Shown in pieces: positions 41,423 to 56,141 of a stretch of 64,000 nucleotides of DNA. Location of the stretch: contig CP068257.2 in NCBI GenBank assembly GCA_009914755.4, positions 35,456,001 through 35,520,000 on the forward strand, written 5' to 3'. Within the stretch, counting starts at the first letter, position 1. Each line of letters begins with the position of its first letter. Made by a program: the position numbers and the translations under genes. The notes beneath the pieces were generated by a model. That model searched no databases. It was given only the letters and a program-made list of their open reading frames with translations, and was not told the DNA's origin. The stretch comes from the human T2T-CHM13v2.0 reference genome, Homo sapiens.

Positions 41423-42746
41423 GAAACTATTTCTATTTCCTAGTAATTAAAATTGTAGGGATTTGGTACACAGATAAAATAATGAAACCAATAGTGCAGA
41501 ATAGAGGGCCTCCACACAGAACCCACTATGTGAGTAAATATTACAATGTCATATTGTCTGAGTCCTTCAGATTGGCAGAAATTAAAGAGGCTGATAGTCT
41601 GGTGTTGGTGGGTATGTGTAGTAACAGGAAGCCCCAGTAAACTGGTGGGAGTGTGATTGCTTACAACCAAGTCAGGGAGCACTATAATAGACTCCACAGT
41701 TACTTGATTCTGAGTGTGTGTGCTCTAGAAAATTTCTTGCAAATGTGCACATGGTTTGATATGCAAGGTTGGTCATTGCAGCATTGTTTTAATGGCACAC
41801 AACTGCAAATACCTACATGTCTATTGATAAAGCAGCAGATAAATGTGGTATTTTCACTTGATCAAAGTTGTTACTCTGACCTGTGTGATCTGTCCCCGTC
41901 TTGAACACTTGTTGTTTCTCCAACCTCACTGCTCCTGCTCTGTCCCTGGTTCACTTTATCTTGGCCTCTTGGCATCCTCACTGTTCCTCAGACATTCCAG
42001 GCCCACTTCCACTTTGTACTTGCCCTTCCCTCTGCCTAGAATGCTTTTCCCCAGAGCGTTGGCCAGCCCCCTTATTTCTTTTCAGTCGATATTGAAAGGA
42101 CTCTTCTCAGTGAAACATTCCTTGGCCTCATTACTAAAATGCCAAACACCTCACTTCCTACGCATTTCTTATCTTCTTTCCTTGCTTTACTTTTTTCTTC
42201 TTAGGACTTACCATTATCTAATACATTATATCTACTGTTTGAGTTATAGTGGCTATTGTGTGTCTTCCAGTATAATATGAGCTCCACAAGGAAAGATTTT
42301 TTTGGTGTTTGGTTCACTTCACTCTTGAATCCAGACTGTCTGACAAGCTGCCTGACACTTACTTAGCAGGCACTCATTAGTAAATAATTGTTGACTTAGT
42401 GATTGAATGAATCAAATAGTAGATTGCAGTTGAATTAGCTGGCTTATCAACATTTATGGATTTTAAAAAGTTAAATGAAAAAGTCAATAAAACATAGGCT
42501 GGAAAAATATCTATCGAGTTCATGATAGTGTTTGCTTCTGGGCAGTAAGAGAGGGAAAGGAGATTGGAGAGGGTACAAAGGAGATTTCAGCCATATCTGT
42601 ATCATCAGAAATAGTTTTATTTATTTCATTTAAAAATCAGAAGCAAATATAACAAAATGTTAACAGTTAATTCTGGGTATCTGTGTATTAGTCTCTGTAT
42701 TTTCCTAAATTATAAAAATATTTTTTTTTTAAGTGAAGCTTTAGAT

Positions 42747-43107
<361 letters not shown>

Positions 43108-43833
43108 TCATTCCTGGTTTTACGTAATTTAAAAAAAGCTAGTGCAAGTAGAATCAGAATTTTAAGGCCTTAGGGAATTTAGTCTAATTTGATACTTCCA
43201 TTACTGCTCTGCGGATAGCCTTCATTAGATTAATTGTAGGAGTTTATTTTGTTTAATTTTTTTAAATGAACTTTCCTTTATATTATAAATATCACATGAT
43301 TAAAGAGAAAAATAGAATATAGCAAGGTATAAAGTAAAAGGGAAAAGTCAGCCTGGAGACCTTGTTTAAAAGACAGATTTCTTCGCTTTTCCCCCAAATT
43401 TTGATTCAGGTGGCCTAGGAATGTATCTAGGAGTGTGGAGATTGTAAAATTCCCCAGGTGGACTTCTGCATCCAGATTTTAGAATCATTTTTTAAATGCC
43501 TTATTTTACACATGAAGCAATTGAGTCCCAGAGAGGTAGAGTGATTTTTGCAAGGTGTCATTGCAAATAAAAGACAAAACTGGTGGTTCTGTTTGAGGGT
43601 GACCAGTTTGTTGGTATTTTCATTATGAGTCATTCTTTTGCTTGAAACAAAATCTTTGCTGATCCTTGAACCTGGCGTTTGACAGGTGCTATATCAATAT
43701 TTGTAAAATGAATGAATGAATGATAGAATTCCAAATACTGAAACCCAAACCATGATACTGGTTTTCCAGAAATACTTCCTGCTATTTTAATATATTATCA
43801 ATTAAGAAAAACAGTTATTAAAACTTTTTGAAG

Positions 43834-44091
43834 ACCTGGCGCTCACTCCTGTAATCCCAGCACTTTGGGAGGGCAGGACGGGCAGATCCCTTGAGTTCAA
43901 GACCAGCCTGAGCAACATGGCAAAACCACATCTTTACAAAAAATTAGTTGGGCATGGTGGCATGTGCCTATAATCCCAGCTACTTGGGAGGCTAAGGTGG
44001 GATAATCACCTGAGCCCAGGAAGTATGAGGCTGCAGCGAGCTATGATTGCGCCACTTCAAAAAAAAAAAAAAAAAAGAAAAAAGAAAAAAA
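43834..44091 (+). mobile_element. Alu SINE, sense, slightly 5'-truncated, with an internal deletion before the A-tail
   Basis: cctggcgctcactcctgtaatcccagcactttgggagggcagg...gattgcgccacttc(a)n. Confidence 0.85.
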
Positions 44092-44879
44092 CTTTAACAA
44101 TTATTTTGAGAACTTTGTGGAGAATACTTGTTCCTGGCTTAGTTTCTTAAACAAAATATTCACTTTTTTTTTTAAATTGGAATGTTTGGTGATGTCCAAA
44201 CATCCCTTCTCAGGGGATACTCTCTTTTGTTGCCTTGTATTGGTGATGTGTCGTATGATTGCAGAAATATTTGTATAGATAAAAACATATAACCACTAGT
44301 AAGTATTTTAAAAATTTGGTAACTACATAACTAGGTTATTTTTCTTTTTTTTTAAAACCAGAAAAGAATGCTTATTAAAGGATAAACTTCAGGAGCAAAA
44401 GTAGATCATACAGGGTATATTTACTTTTATAAGATTGCCTTACTTTAGAATTAATTATGAGCCTGAGTCTATGGAGTCATACCTCTAAGATGTAAGTGTG
44501 TTAGTGGAATGTATTCTGTAGATTTCTATGTGAGGGTAGGACATTTTTTTCCTTCTTCTTAATGGGGAAGATTAGTACAGTGCTACCTGTCTCTAGACTC
44601 ACTTTCAGGATTTAGAAAGAATGAGTCATTTGTCCTGAAGAGTGAGAATTTTTCTAAGCCTCAACAGATATGTTTGTGCAGGTCTGTGAGCATTGTGTTT
44701 TGATCTATATCATATAGGATACAAACTAATAACCTCAGAAATGTCCTCAAGAACATTTAAATTTTGAGGGGCCCATTAGGACTTTTGTTGTGAATGACAG
44801 AAACTGAACTCAGATTTGATTTAAGTAGAAAAGGGAATTAATTGGCTCATGTAACTGAGAAGTCTAGGGGTTAGCTTCA

Positions 44880-46450
44880 GGAATGGTTGGATCCAGATTT
44901 GTACACATCTTTCTTTCATTTTCTCAACTTTGCCTCCCTGTTTGTCAGCTTCATGTTTAGTCTTTTTTCTAGCTTCCCTCTCTGATTTTTACATGGATTC
45001 TCTTGTTATGTCTTCAGGCTCACCCATCTTTTCTTCTGCAGTGTTTTATCTGCCTTTATTTCCATCCAATGTACTTTTCATCTTAAATGCTATAGTTTTC
45101 ATCTCTAGAGGTTAAATTTGGGTCTTTCTTGCATATTTCATGTCTTTAACATATTCCATCTTTCCTTTCACCTCTTGAACACATAGGGGATAGTTATAAT
45201 AAGTATTTCAATGTCCTTGTCTACTAATCTGTGTCATTTGTGGGTTGTTTTCAGTTGGTTTATTTTGCTGTTCATTATAGGTCATATTTTCCTGGTAATT
45301 GTAGATGGATGCCAGATATTGTGAATTTTACCTTGTTTGGTGCTGGATATTCTTGTTTTTCTTTAAATATGCTTGATCTTTGTTTTGGGATGCAGTAAAG
45401 TTACTTAGAAACAATTTTAATTCTTCAAGGTTTTAAGATTTTTTTTAGGCGGGACTATAGTGGCATTTAATCTAGGGCTAATTTTTTCCCCACTACTGAA
45501 GCAAAACTTTTCTGAGTACTCTACTTGAAGTAGAGAATTCACCCCATGAATTATGGTGTTTTTCACTCTTGTTGATAGGAACAGGAATTATTCCTGATTT
45601 GTTTCCGTTCCGGCTCTTGTTCCCTGTTAACCTTTCAGGTTGTTCTTTCCCTGGCTGTGGACCGTTGTCCCCCAGGGATGTGCTGATCAGTACTTAGCTG
45701 AAGACTCAAGGGGTCCCTCTGGAGTTCTCCCTGTGTGCAGCTTTCTCTTCTCTGGTCCTCTGCTCTGTGAACTCAGCTGCCTTGGTCCTCTGTACTCCCG
45801 CTTCTGTCTCCTTAACTGAGAGAGGCTGCCAGTCTCTGCCTAGGTTTTCTCTTCCCATGCTCTGGCTTAGAGACATTCTTATCAGTAAGCGGGAGCAATC
45901 ACAGGGCTTACTTTATATGTTTTTCATACTCTCTTTTGTTGCCTTGTTTTCAATGTCTTGCAAGCTGTGGTTTCTTATCTTTTGTCTTTGTTTTAGGTAG
46001 GAGGGAAAAATCAAGTCCTTATTACTTCATTTTGGTCAGAAGTGGAGGTTAGAGTGTAGGCGCTCTTGCTTTTATTTTTAAAAAGACTTTTACCATGTAG
46101 TGGGATCTGCAAACTGATGTCATGAGTAGCTGTTAATTCTAGGAAAAGGAGACCCTCTCTCAGTGTGTGTACAGTAGACCTTAGGGATGCCTCAGACTGA
46201 TTCTGATTGAGTCATGTGCCCACCTGTGGATTTATTGCTTTGACCTAGAAAGTAGTGCATTTCAATTGGCCAGTCTCCTGGGTTACAGCCACACTTCCAC
46301 CGTGCCGTCCATTGTTGGGGTGGAGCACTGGAACTGACAGTCCTGCTGTTACTGTGAGAAGTGGGAACATGGTGGTCTCCTAAGTGAGGGGAGACTAGAG
46401 AGATGAGCAAGAGGGAATTTCCACATGTGTGATAGAGAATGAGATAGTGA
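44880..46450 (-). mobile_element. Possible old L1 5'-region remnant, antisense
   Basis: Weak resemblance to antisense L1M 5' regions (ctggctgtggaccgttgtcccccagggatgtgctgatcag..., ctgtgaactcagctgccttggtcctctgtactcc). Not verified. Confidence 0.3.
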
Positions 46451-48038
46451 AAAGACCTTTTTATTGTAATTGGGTTTCAGAAACTCTGAGATACCTTTAA
46501 TTTAAGCTTCATTGAAATAACTTCAGTAGGGAGGTCTGAATTAAGTCTTTTCTCAACTAACAGGAGTTACATTATGTTGTATAGGGTTCAGGGAAAAGGA
46601 TCCAATAAAAGGTGAGAAAAGTATGGAGAAAAGAGAAAGAAATAAAGTTCTCTGCAAATTTAGTAGATTTGGTTTATGATCTATCATTATTTCTTATGCT
46701 AGCTGTGGGTTTTTTAATGCAGTTATTTAAACTTTGAAGTCCGTAAATGCTTAGGGGATAGGATTTGACCTTGTAGCCTATCTGAGAGATGCCTTTGTCT
46801 TCTTATACTTTAGGTGTCAGGAAGCATGGCCTATACCCTTTCAGCAAAACAGAGTTTAATGAAATGCCATATGAATTGGAGTCTGAGCTAAGCCCAAATA
46901 GTCTGTCTAAAAAAACTCCAGAACCTTTAGAGCCACACGGTACCCCAGAGCAGGATTACTTATGGTAAACCTGCATAAACACGTACCCACGTAATTGTTT
47001 CTGGCTTCTTGTAGTGAAAAGCTGATCCTTCTTAAAAGCGTTGTTTGTTTTTTATAATTTCTCCTAGATTTTCACTGAATCACAGTGTTCTTTGTGAAAT
47101 GTGTAGTGAAGAGGAAAGAGCTTTGGACCAGGTGTCATAAAAATCAGGGTTCTTTGGTTTGCCTCTTAAGTAAGTGTGATATTAGGCCAGTTTCTAGCCT
47201 CTAGCCTCTTTCACTAGTAAATCACCTTGCCAGTAGTACTGTGCCTAAAATGGGAATTTGGTTTGGGAGGAGCTAGAAGCAGGGTTGGTTCAGTTAGCTT
47301 CAGGTTTTGGTACTGTTAGCTTTGTAGATTAAAAAGTTTATACTTAATATAGAAGATTTCCAAAATATGTAAATGGGCCAGCAAAGATTTTGGTTCTGTA
47401 GCAAAAAACCCTTATCATTGGAATTAAATGTAAATCCCTGGTTTTTGGTTTCTTAAAGCCAGGAGCTGCACTTAGAGATAACAATGAAAAGCTGAGTGAA
47501 GGGGAGACGGCTGGATGGAAGATCTAGCCTGAGCACATCCCCCATCTGTCTGCACTCTTCGGAGGTATCGGAAAACCATGGCACAGGCCCATGGTTCCAT
47601 CCAGCTCTAAAAACTTCTCGATTTCCAGGTGTAGGAAAGGCGATGACTTAGAGATTGTTACTGCCTTCAAATATTTTTAAAACATAAAGTTATTTATAAT
47701 GAATGACATTTTTTACTTTATCTGGCACAAAATTATTATATTCTCTGTTAGCAAAATATAACAAAAGTTGAACTCTGCTGGGGGTACAGAAATTTCTTAA
47801 GCAAAAATATTGATCCTTAGTTATTGTGATTATTTGTGTATTTATAACTTTTCACTTAGCTCATTAGGTAATGTTATTTCCTGAGGTATTAACATTTTAC
47901 ATTTATTTTTCATTGGTAGGGACCTAATCTAATATTTTAAGTAATGAATCAGTTTTCAAGCAAAACATTTTTCCTTACCTGTTTTCTTTAACTTAAGCAT
48001 ATTTTTGAGAAAAAATTAAATTTATCTTTTTGGAACAG

Positions 48039-48201
48039 GGTCATTATCGTTATTGTGATGCTCTTTCTATGCTGGGGGAATATGACTGGGCCCTGCAAGC
48101 AAACATAAAAGCTCAAAAACTCTGTAAAAATGACCCTGAGGGAATCAAGGATCTAATTCAGCAGCATGTAAAGTTACAAAAACAAATAGAAGACCTACAA
48201 G
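48039..48201 (+). CDS. TTC3: TTC3 coding exon GHYRYCDALSMLGEYDWALQANIKAQKLCKNDPEGIKDLIQQHVKLQKQIEDLQ(G)
   Basis: Acceptor tttttggaacag|GGTCATTATCG and donor CTACAAG|gtattt. 163 nt. Confidence 0.85.
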
Positions 48202-49154
48202 GTATTTCACCTAAGATTCTTTTGGTTACAGTCTTAATTCCCTTTCAAACTTTGGAGGGTGGGTTTCTTGGATTAACAGAGGACCACAAATCAATCCTCA
48301 GATGATTTATCCTTATTTTATCATGTTATCTTGGTCATGGCACTTGAGTTTTTCATTTCTATCTGTGTAGAGTTACATGTTATCCATTAAGTAATTATAA
48401 ATGATTTGTACTTTTTATTTGAAACAGACAGCAACCAAATTGTTATTTATTCCTCTGTAGAAAAAAAAATCCCTTTCAGAAATTTTGAATAAAATAAAAG
48501 CTTTTTTGAAACAAAATTATTTAAAAATATTTCCTTCATTGCTAAAGTTATTTCCTAAAGAAAAGACCCTTCAGTAGAGCTGCTTGATGTTTCCGCACCA
48601 TTTGTGCTAATTCTGCAGCGTGCTGAATATATATATATAATATATATATATAATGTTTTTTATATATATAGCAGAAATTGGCTGTGCAGGCTAGGAGTTG
48701 TAGATTTTCATTCTCTCCTTGTTTTCTCTCCTAAGTCTTTTTGCTTTCTCCAATGCCTGAAAGTCCCTTAGTCTACATTTTTAGTGTATGAGTCTTTCCT
48801 GCTTTTTCTTCTTCGGATTGTACAAAGCTGAGCTGAACAGCTCTGTTTGACCGGCAGATGTTGTTATCCATCATAACATGATTATGTAATAAGATGGTGA
48901 GCTCCTTGAAGACAGGTGCCACCTTTGATTCAGATTTACATATTGCTGTCATCTTGTCAATGATCACATGTGATGGAATGTCAGACAAAGTTTGTGTAAC
49001 ATTTTGTTGACACCATCCTAAAACTAAAGACATCTAGAAATGTAAAATTGCTTAGATTTACTTTTCAGTTTTCTAAATTTGAGGTTCCTTACTATCAGCT
49101 TAAAGTAAATTTGAAAATCTTTTAAAGTCTGTGTTGCCAATCCATTGATTACTA

Positions 49155-49170
49155 TGTGTGTGTGTGTGTG
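49155..49170. repeat. (TG)8 tract, 14 nt upstream of the 3' splice site of the 46-nt exon
   Basis: actaTGTGTGTGTGTGTGTGattgacttttatag|GTCG seen directly. Confidence 0.95.
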
Positions 49171-49184
49171 ATTGACTTTTATAG

Positions 49185-49230
49185 GTCGAACAGCAAATAA
49201 GGATCCAATTAAAGCCTTTTATGAAAACAG
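49185..49230 (+). CDS. TTC3: TTC3 coding exon (G)RTANKDPIKAFYEN(R), 46 nt
   Basis: Acceptor gacttttatag|GTCGAACAGC, preceded by a (TG)8 tract, and donor GAAAACAG|gtaagt. Confidence 0.85.
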
Positions 49231-49600
49231 GTAAGTTAATAGCAGGTCAGTAGCTGCTACTACTAGGAATGGCTTTGCTGCATGAATTTAAGAATCACTT
49301 ATGTTTGACGCTTTAGGAGCTAATAGCAACCACAGTAAAGTTGGAGATGGAAGGAAGAGAGGTAGTTTTTTAAGTGTCCGTGTTATCAGGTGACCTGTAA
49401 GTTGTCAGATTTATTTCGCTGTTTTAGTGAACCATATAGATATAAGCTCAGTAGCCTAATCCTGTGGGAAAAGAGGGGTGAAATGTTAATTGGACATTAC
49501 TATGCTTGGATGGGACCAGTTTGGCCATGAAACTCCTGGCAGCACAGAGCTAGGACATAGCCTGTGCCCTGTGCCCTTCACCTCTGTCTTGGAAGTATCT

Positions 49601-49638
49601 ATGGCAAAAACCACAATTACTTTTGCACCAACCTAATA
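49601..49638. mobile_element. Half MADE1 MITE (one arm)
   Basis: atggcaaaaaccacaattacttttgcaccaacctaata. Confidence 0.7.
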
Positions 49639-49905
49639 TTTCCAGCTTCCTGATGTCTTTCAAAGGCTAAGATACTTCCTATTAGAAATAGGCAACAGAT
49701 AGACTTGAGTATGCTCACAAGAAAGCAATAGCAGCCAGGGTTCTACCTTTGCTTATTTGGCAATTAAAACAGATTAAATGTTTTTCTGCATTCTTGTTCA
49801 GATGTCTGGGATACCGAAGCTGCTAATTCTGTAGCATGCTGAACATGTAGACATAAAGAAATTGGCTGTGGAGGCTTTAAATTTAATTTTAGTATCCTAA
49901 TTTAA

Positions 49906-50250
<345 letters not shown>

Positions 50251-50309
50251 TGAGCCACTGTGCCCAGCTGATATTTAATGTTAGAACGCAGAATACTTCT
50301 TTTTGAACT

Positions 50310-50622
<313 letters not shown>

Positions 50623-50824
50623 CTTGACCTGTTCTTTATTATTTTGAGTTTAATGCCAAATATAAAATAATGTTTATGTATAAAGCCCCATCTCACAGGT
50701 AGGAAATCTTTTTAAAACAATAATACCTTGCTTTCAAGGAAAAAAGGCTGTGATTGCTGCAACCTGTTCATTCAAAGGATAACTTTCAAAAAATGTATAA
50801 TAATTCCTTTTTTCCCCCACTTAG

Positions 50825-50948
50825 GGCCTACACACCTAGGAGTTTATCAGCACCTATATTTACTACTTCACTTAACTTTGTGGAGAAGGAAAGAGATTTC
50901 AGAAAAATTAATCACGAAATGGCCAACGGTGGTAATCAGAATCTAAAG
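50825..50948 (+). CDS. TTC3: TTC3 coding exon (R)AYTPRSLSAPIFTTSLNFVEKERDFRKINHEMANGGNQNLK
   Basis: Acceptor ttttcccccacttag|GGCCTACACACC and donor CTAAAG|gtaagc. Confidence 0.85.
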
Positions 50949-51354
50949 GTAAGCTCCATTGAAAACTACAGTTTTTTTCAAGGATAGATAGTCTCATATT
51001 TTTACAGTAATATTTTGGTGGTAATAGAAACCAAATTTTTGGCGATTTGAACCCTTTTTGCCTATTGTTACTGAAATAATGATTCTCTTTTAAATAAATA
51101 ATCTGAGTATCTCATATAACTACGTAAATAATATTTGAAAGTCACAGAATTTCTTTTGAAATCACATTTATGTGTTTCCAACATATTTTTAAAAATAACC
51201 ATTTTGCCGCTTCTCTTTGTATCTTTTCCCTTCGGTTGTTGGAAAAGTCCTCTTGTTGATAATATTGAAAATTTCTAAGAGACTGTGTTCAGTTAGGGAG
51301 AGGAGTTTATACCGAGCATCTCCAGCTGGATCTGGAATTGTATTGAGCATTTCC

Positions 51355-51996
51355 AGCTGGATCTGAAGCTAAGGGTCTGTAAACACTCACCTCAGCCTGC
51401 CTTAGCAGCCCTTTTCCAGCCTTCCACCCTTTTTGAGGTCTTGAAATCACACAGGTTTACTTAGTGCTTCCGAAATGAACTCTACTCTTGGGTTCAGGCC
51501 ATTCTGTCCAAATCGTACTTCTTTCTCAAAACCAAACACAAATGCTGTATCCTCACTAACATTTTTCTTAACCACTCCAGCTTAAGTGATTTTTCCCTTT
51601 TGTGAGTTGTGAGAGATATTACTGACTATGCAATTTATATGTCAATAACAACACAGTATTTTCTTTTCTTCATAAGGATGGTTGTTGTTTAACTACTGAA
51701 GTGATGTGTCTTTTCACCCCATCTGATTGTAAACTGAGAACGGGAGTTATCTCCTGTATCTCTCTGTATCTATGGTAGACCTAAATCATAATAATGATCG
51801 CTATTATAATTGATCTTTAATAATTGATTATATTTAATAATTTATTATATATAGAAAAATATCATCAGTAGCTTCTTTTTTGGCTTACCCTTTTGTAGTT
51901 ACACTCACATACCACATTGCTGCTTCTGTTTTCTTACTCCAATTTATATTTTAAAAATAGTTTTACTCTCAGGCTTGTAGATTTTTATGTACAGAT
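51355..51996 (+). repeat. Copy 1 of a ~640-bp intronic duplicated segment (unclassified repeat)
   Basis: agctggatctgaagctaagggtctgtaaacactcacctcagcctgccttagcagccc...ctcaggcttgtagatttttatgtacagat is nearly identical to 54550-55188. Confidence 0.9.
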
Positions 51997-52284
51997 GTGA
52001 TAGTGTTAATTCAAACATTATTGAACAATTGTCATGTCAGACATCGTGCTAGGCAATAGAAATAGAATTGTCATTCAAGAATTTGTCGTTGCATATCATG
52101 ATCCTTATCATTAGTTATCATTTTGTTTGCTTGTTTATACATTTAGGCTTAATAACCAGCTGCATATTTTAGCTGCTAGGGTGAATTCTATCCTATTCTA
52201 TTCTAAATTCTTTTATATAGCTATTGAATTCTTCATGGCTGGGTTGTTTTTTTTTTTTTTAAGTCTCACTAATTTCATTGGCAG

Positions 52285-52348
52285 GTGGCGGATGAGGCGT
52301 TGAAGGTAGATGATTGTGACTGTCATCCTGAATTTTCACCACCATCAA
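52285..52348 (+). CDS. TTC3: TTC3 coding exon VADEALKVDDCDCHPEFSPPS(S)
   Basis: Acceptor tttcattggcag|GTGGCGGATG and donor CATCAA|gtgagt. Confidence 0.85.
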
Positions 52349-52987
52349 GTGAGTATTGTTTTTATATCAATTGTTGCCAAGTTAATATAATGTCTCCTAA
52401 ATTTGGATGCCCTACAATGTGCACAAGCCTTGCTTATATCCACTCTTGTTCTCCTTTACTTTATAATGCTTCTATGTTAAGAAAATATTGAATATTTATT
52501 TGAAATCAATGCTCAGTCTTTTTGTATTATTTAGTGAATGTAATTTTGGAAATTCAAATAAAAGGAAAGGAAAAGATGAAGTACATAGCTCTTTTTGGTC
52601 TGCTTCTTAATTTTTTTTAGGCTGTTGTTTCTCATTATTGAAAGTTTATTATTGCCTCCCTTCCTCCCACCTGCTAGGAGCCTGTTTAGACCTTTTTAAA
52701 TCTAATTGTTCTCCCTCATAAAATTTTAATAGCTGTTTATGTACCATATGTGCATCTGCGCTTTATGTATAAAAGGAATTGATTTTGTCTCCCAATAACT
52801 AATTTTCACCCTATTGGGGGTGATATCACCCATATTGAGAACAGATGCTGCTGTAACAAAAATACCATAAACTAGATAGCTTATAAGCAACAAACATTTA
52901 TTTCTCACATTTCTAGAAGCTGAGAAATTCATCATCATGATGTCAACAGATTCGATGTCTGCTGAGGGTCTTCTTCCCGGTTCATAG

Positions 52988-53411
<424 letters not shown>

Positions 53412-54235
53412 TGACCTAATTCCTCCCAAAGGTTCCACTTCCTATTACCATCGCCTTGAGGATTTGGTTTTCAACATGTGAATCTTGTCGGGGACACAGA
53501 TATCCAGACCATAACAGTGCTGTAGGCTAAGTCTCATTTGTTTTAAGTTGTGTGTGCTCAGTGCATGTATTTATTTACATATCTAGTAAACACAGACACC
53601 GCAGAACCTCATTACTTGGCATCATTTGGAGATGAAGGTTCTGGAGAAGTGAATATTTTTGTGCTTCATTTATTTCTGAATCTTAATAACACCAGAGTTT
53701 GATGAAAATCCTCTAAAGTATATTACATGCTTCCCTGCCTTTTAACACGGAATTTAGGAAAATACAGGTTTTCTTGATGGCTTAAGGTTGTGGTCACACA
53801 TAACAGTGACTGACCTCAAGCCTGGTGGTGTTCCTCCCAGGATTCTTCAGGTGAGATTGTTGATTTTTTAGTTAGTGATCCTCTCTTTTCCCTTGTCTTG
53901 TTTGTTGGGTGGTTGGTTTTTCTTTCCATAGTTTTGCTTCTAGCAGCCATTTCTATTTTTTGTGACCTGCAGCTCCATGTTCGCTCAGGCTCAGTTAGTT
54001 CCATAGATACAGCTACTTAGTATTGAGCATTTCCATTTGGTTAGCACATTAGCGTAATGATAGGGAGGGGAAACTCAGGCAGTTGTCCTACCTGATGCAG
54101 TTCCAACAGCATATAAAACATCTTTGAGGATAAAACTTTTTTTTGGAAGATAGCTTTTAATTTCTTCATATTTCTCAGGCCATTACTATCATTTAATTAA
54201 ATAAATTCTGTCCACCCTTCAGCATTTACATACAG

Positions 54236-54400
54236 GGGAAGAAATTGAGGTTCCAGGATTAAGGTTAAGTAGTTTTGTCCAAGGTCACAGAATGGAAATC
54301 AAACTAGAATTCTTCTACCTTTCCAAAAGCTGCTTTTGTTTTCTGAGGCCACCAAAGCCCAGGCTCTCATTCCCTCCTTATTACATTGGCTCTGACTTGT
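54236..54400 (-). mobile_element. MIR SINE relic
   Basis: ggggaagaaattgaggttccaggattaaggttaagtagttttgtccaaggtcacagaatggaaatcaaactagaattcttctacc. Confidence 0.65.
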
Positions 54401-54549
54401 GTCTGTGCCCTCCCCTTAAACCTTCATCAGATGCACCCTGCTCCTCCTGCCATACCAGTTCTTCTACACAGCTCTGAGCATGGCTCTCCCTGCCCAAAAA
54501 TATGCAGTGGTTTCCTACTCCTGCCAGCAGAATAAATCTGGGCTCACAG

Positions 54550-55188
54550 AGCTGGATCTGAAGCTAAGGGTCTGTAAACACTCACCTCAGCCTGCCTTAG
54601 CAGCCCTTTTCCAGCCTTCCACCCTTTTTGAGGTCTTGAAATCACACAGGTTTACTTAGTGCTTCTGAAATGAACTCTCTACTCTTGAGTTCAGGCCATT
54701 CTATCCAAATCGTACTTCTTCCTCAAAACCGAACACAAATGCCATATCCTCACTAACATTTTTCTCAGCCACTCCAGCTTAGGTGATTTTTCCCTTTTGT
54801 GAGTTGTGAGAGATATTACTGACTATGCAATTTATATGTCAATAACAACACAGTATTTTCTTTTCTTCATAAGGATGATTGTTGTTTAACTACTGAAGTG
54901 ATGTGTCTTTTCACCCCATCTGATTATAAACTGAGAACAGGAGTTATCTCCTGTATCTCTCTGTATCTGTGGTAGACCTAAATCATAATGATCACTATTA
55001 TAATTGATCTTTAATAATTTAATTTATTATATATAGAAAAATATCATCAGTAGCTTCTTTTTTGGCTTACCCTTTTGTAGTTACACCCACGTACCACATT
55101 TCTGCTTCTGTTTTCTTACTCCAATTTATATTTTAAAAATAGTTTTACTCTCAGGCTTGTAGATTTTTATGTACAGATTTTAGGAACA
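54550..55188 (+). repeat. Copy 2 of the ~640-bp intronic duplicated segment; ends 18 nt upstream of the exon at 55207
   Basis: Collinear ~95% identity with 51355-51996, judged by eye. Confidence 0.9.
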
Positions 55189-55206
55189 AATACTTTTGTG
55201 TTCACA

Positions 55207-55267
55207 GGTCAGCCTCCAAAACATAAAGGAAAACAAAAATCTCGAAACAATGAATCAGAAAAGTTCA
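55207..55267 (+). CDS. TTC3: TTC3 coding exon (S)QPPKHKGKQKSRNNESEKF(S)
   Basis: Acceptor ttttgtgttcacag|GTCAGCCTCC and donor GTTCAG|gtatgt. Confidence 0.85.
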
Positions 55268-55845
55268 GGTATGTTTTTTCTCTAAGGTATGTTTTTTTCC
55301 CCTTAATATACTCTTCCCAAGAAAAAGGAAAAAAAATTGTTTTTCGAGTATTAGCTACTTTAATGTATGTATTATGATGACTACCAAAATCCCTTTCAAA
55401 TATCAAAAGCATATCTTTAGGAAAGGATAATTTTTGGCTAAAGGATTATTAATCCTGGATATTAATATATTGACTTCTGAAAGTCACATAATATGAAATA
55501 TTTCCATATTAATTTCTTAAATCCCAGAATATGTACTCTAAAAGGAAAAAGCATTAAGAGAGATATAAGGTGCACATGAAGCCTCCTTCCCTGCTCACCT
55601 CATTTGACCCTCCTGCAGTCCCTTCTCTAAGGCCTCCTCCAGGAATACACTGTTAACAGTTTCATGACTATTGGGAAACTTACTCTGCATACGCAGACAT
55701 GGGTATGCATATTTCAGATGCCCTTTTGAGTAATTATTGTTAGAGGAAAATCTTTCCTAATGAATTCTGACTACTTCTAAAATGAATTCTATCAAACATC
55801 CCCATGAAAATTAACAGTAATTAATTGCCTCCTATCTTTTTTTTT

Positions 55846-56141
55846 GTTTTTTTGAGATAGGGTCTTGCTCTATCACTTAGGCTGCGGTGCAGTGGTGTAA
55901 CCCTAGCTCACTGCAGGCTTGAACTCCTAGACTCTAGTGATTCTTTTTGCCTCAGCTCCCAAGTAGCCAGGACTACTACTGCTACTATGGTGCACGTCAC
56001 CATGACTGGATAACTAAAACTAAATGTTTTTTAGAGACAGGGTCTTGCTCTGTTGCCCAGGCTGGTCTTGAACTCCTGGCCTCAAGTGATCCTTCTGCCT
56101 TGGCCTCCCAGAGTGCTGGGATTGCAGGCGTGTGCCTGGCC
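55846..56141 (-). mobile_element. Old Alu (AluJ-like), antisense
   Basis: Diverged reverse-complement Alu (tttgagatagggtcttgctctatcacttaggctgcggtgcagtgg...gggattgcaggcgtgtgcctggcc). Target-site duplication ttgcctcctRtc. Confidence 0.85.

Noticed and set aside
48773-49033. 86-aa minus-strand ORF immediately downstream of the exon at 48039-48201
   Set aside because: It is intronic, antisense to TTC3, and has no splice or start signals. A chance ORF in AT-rich sequence.
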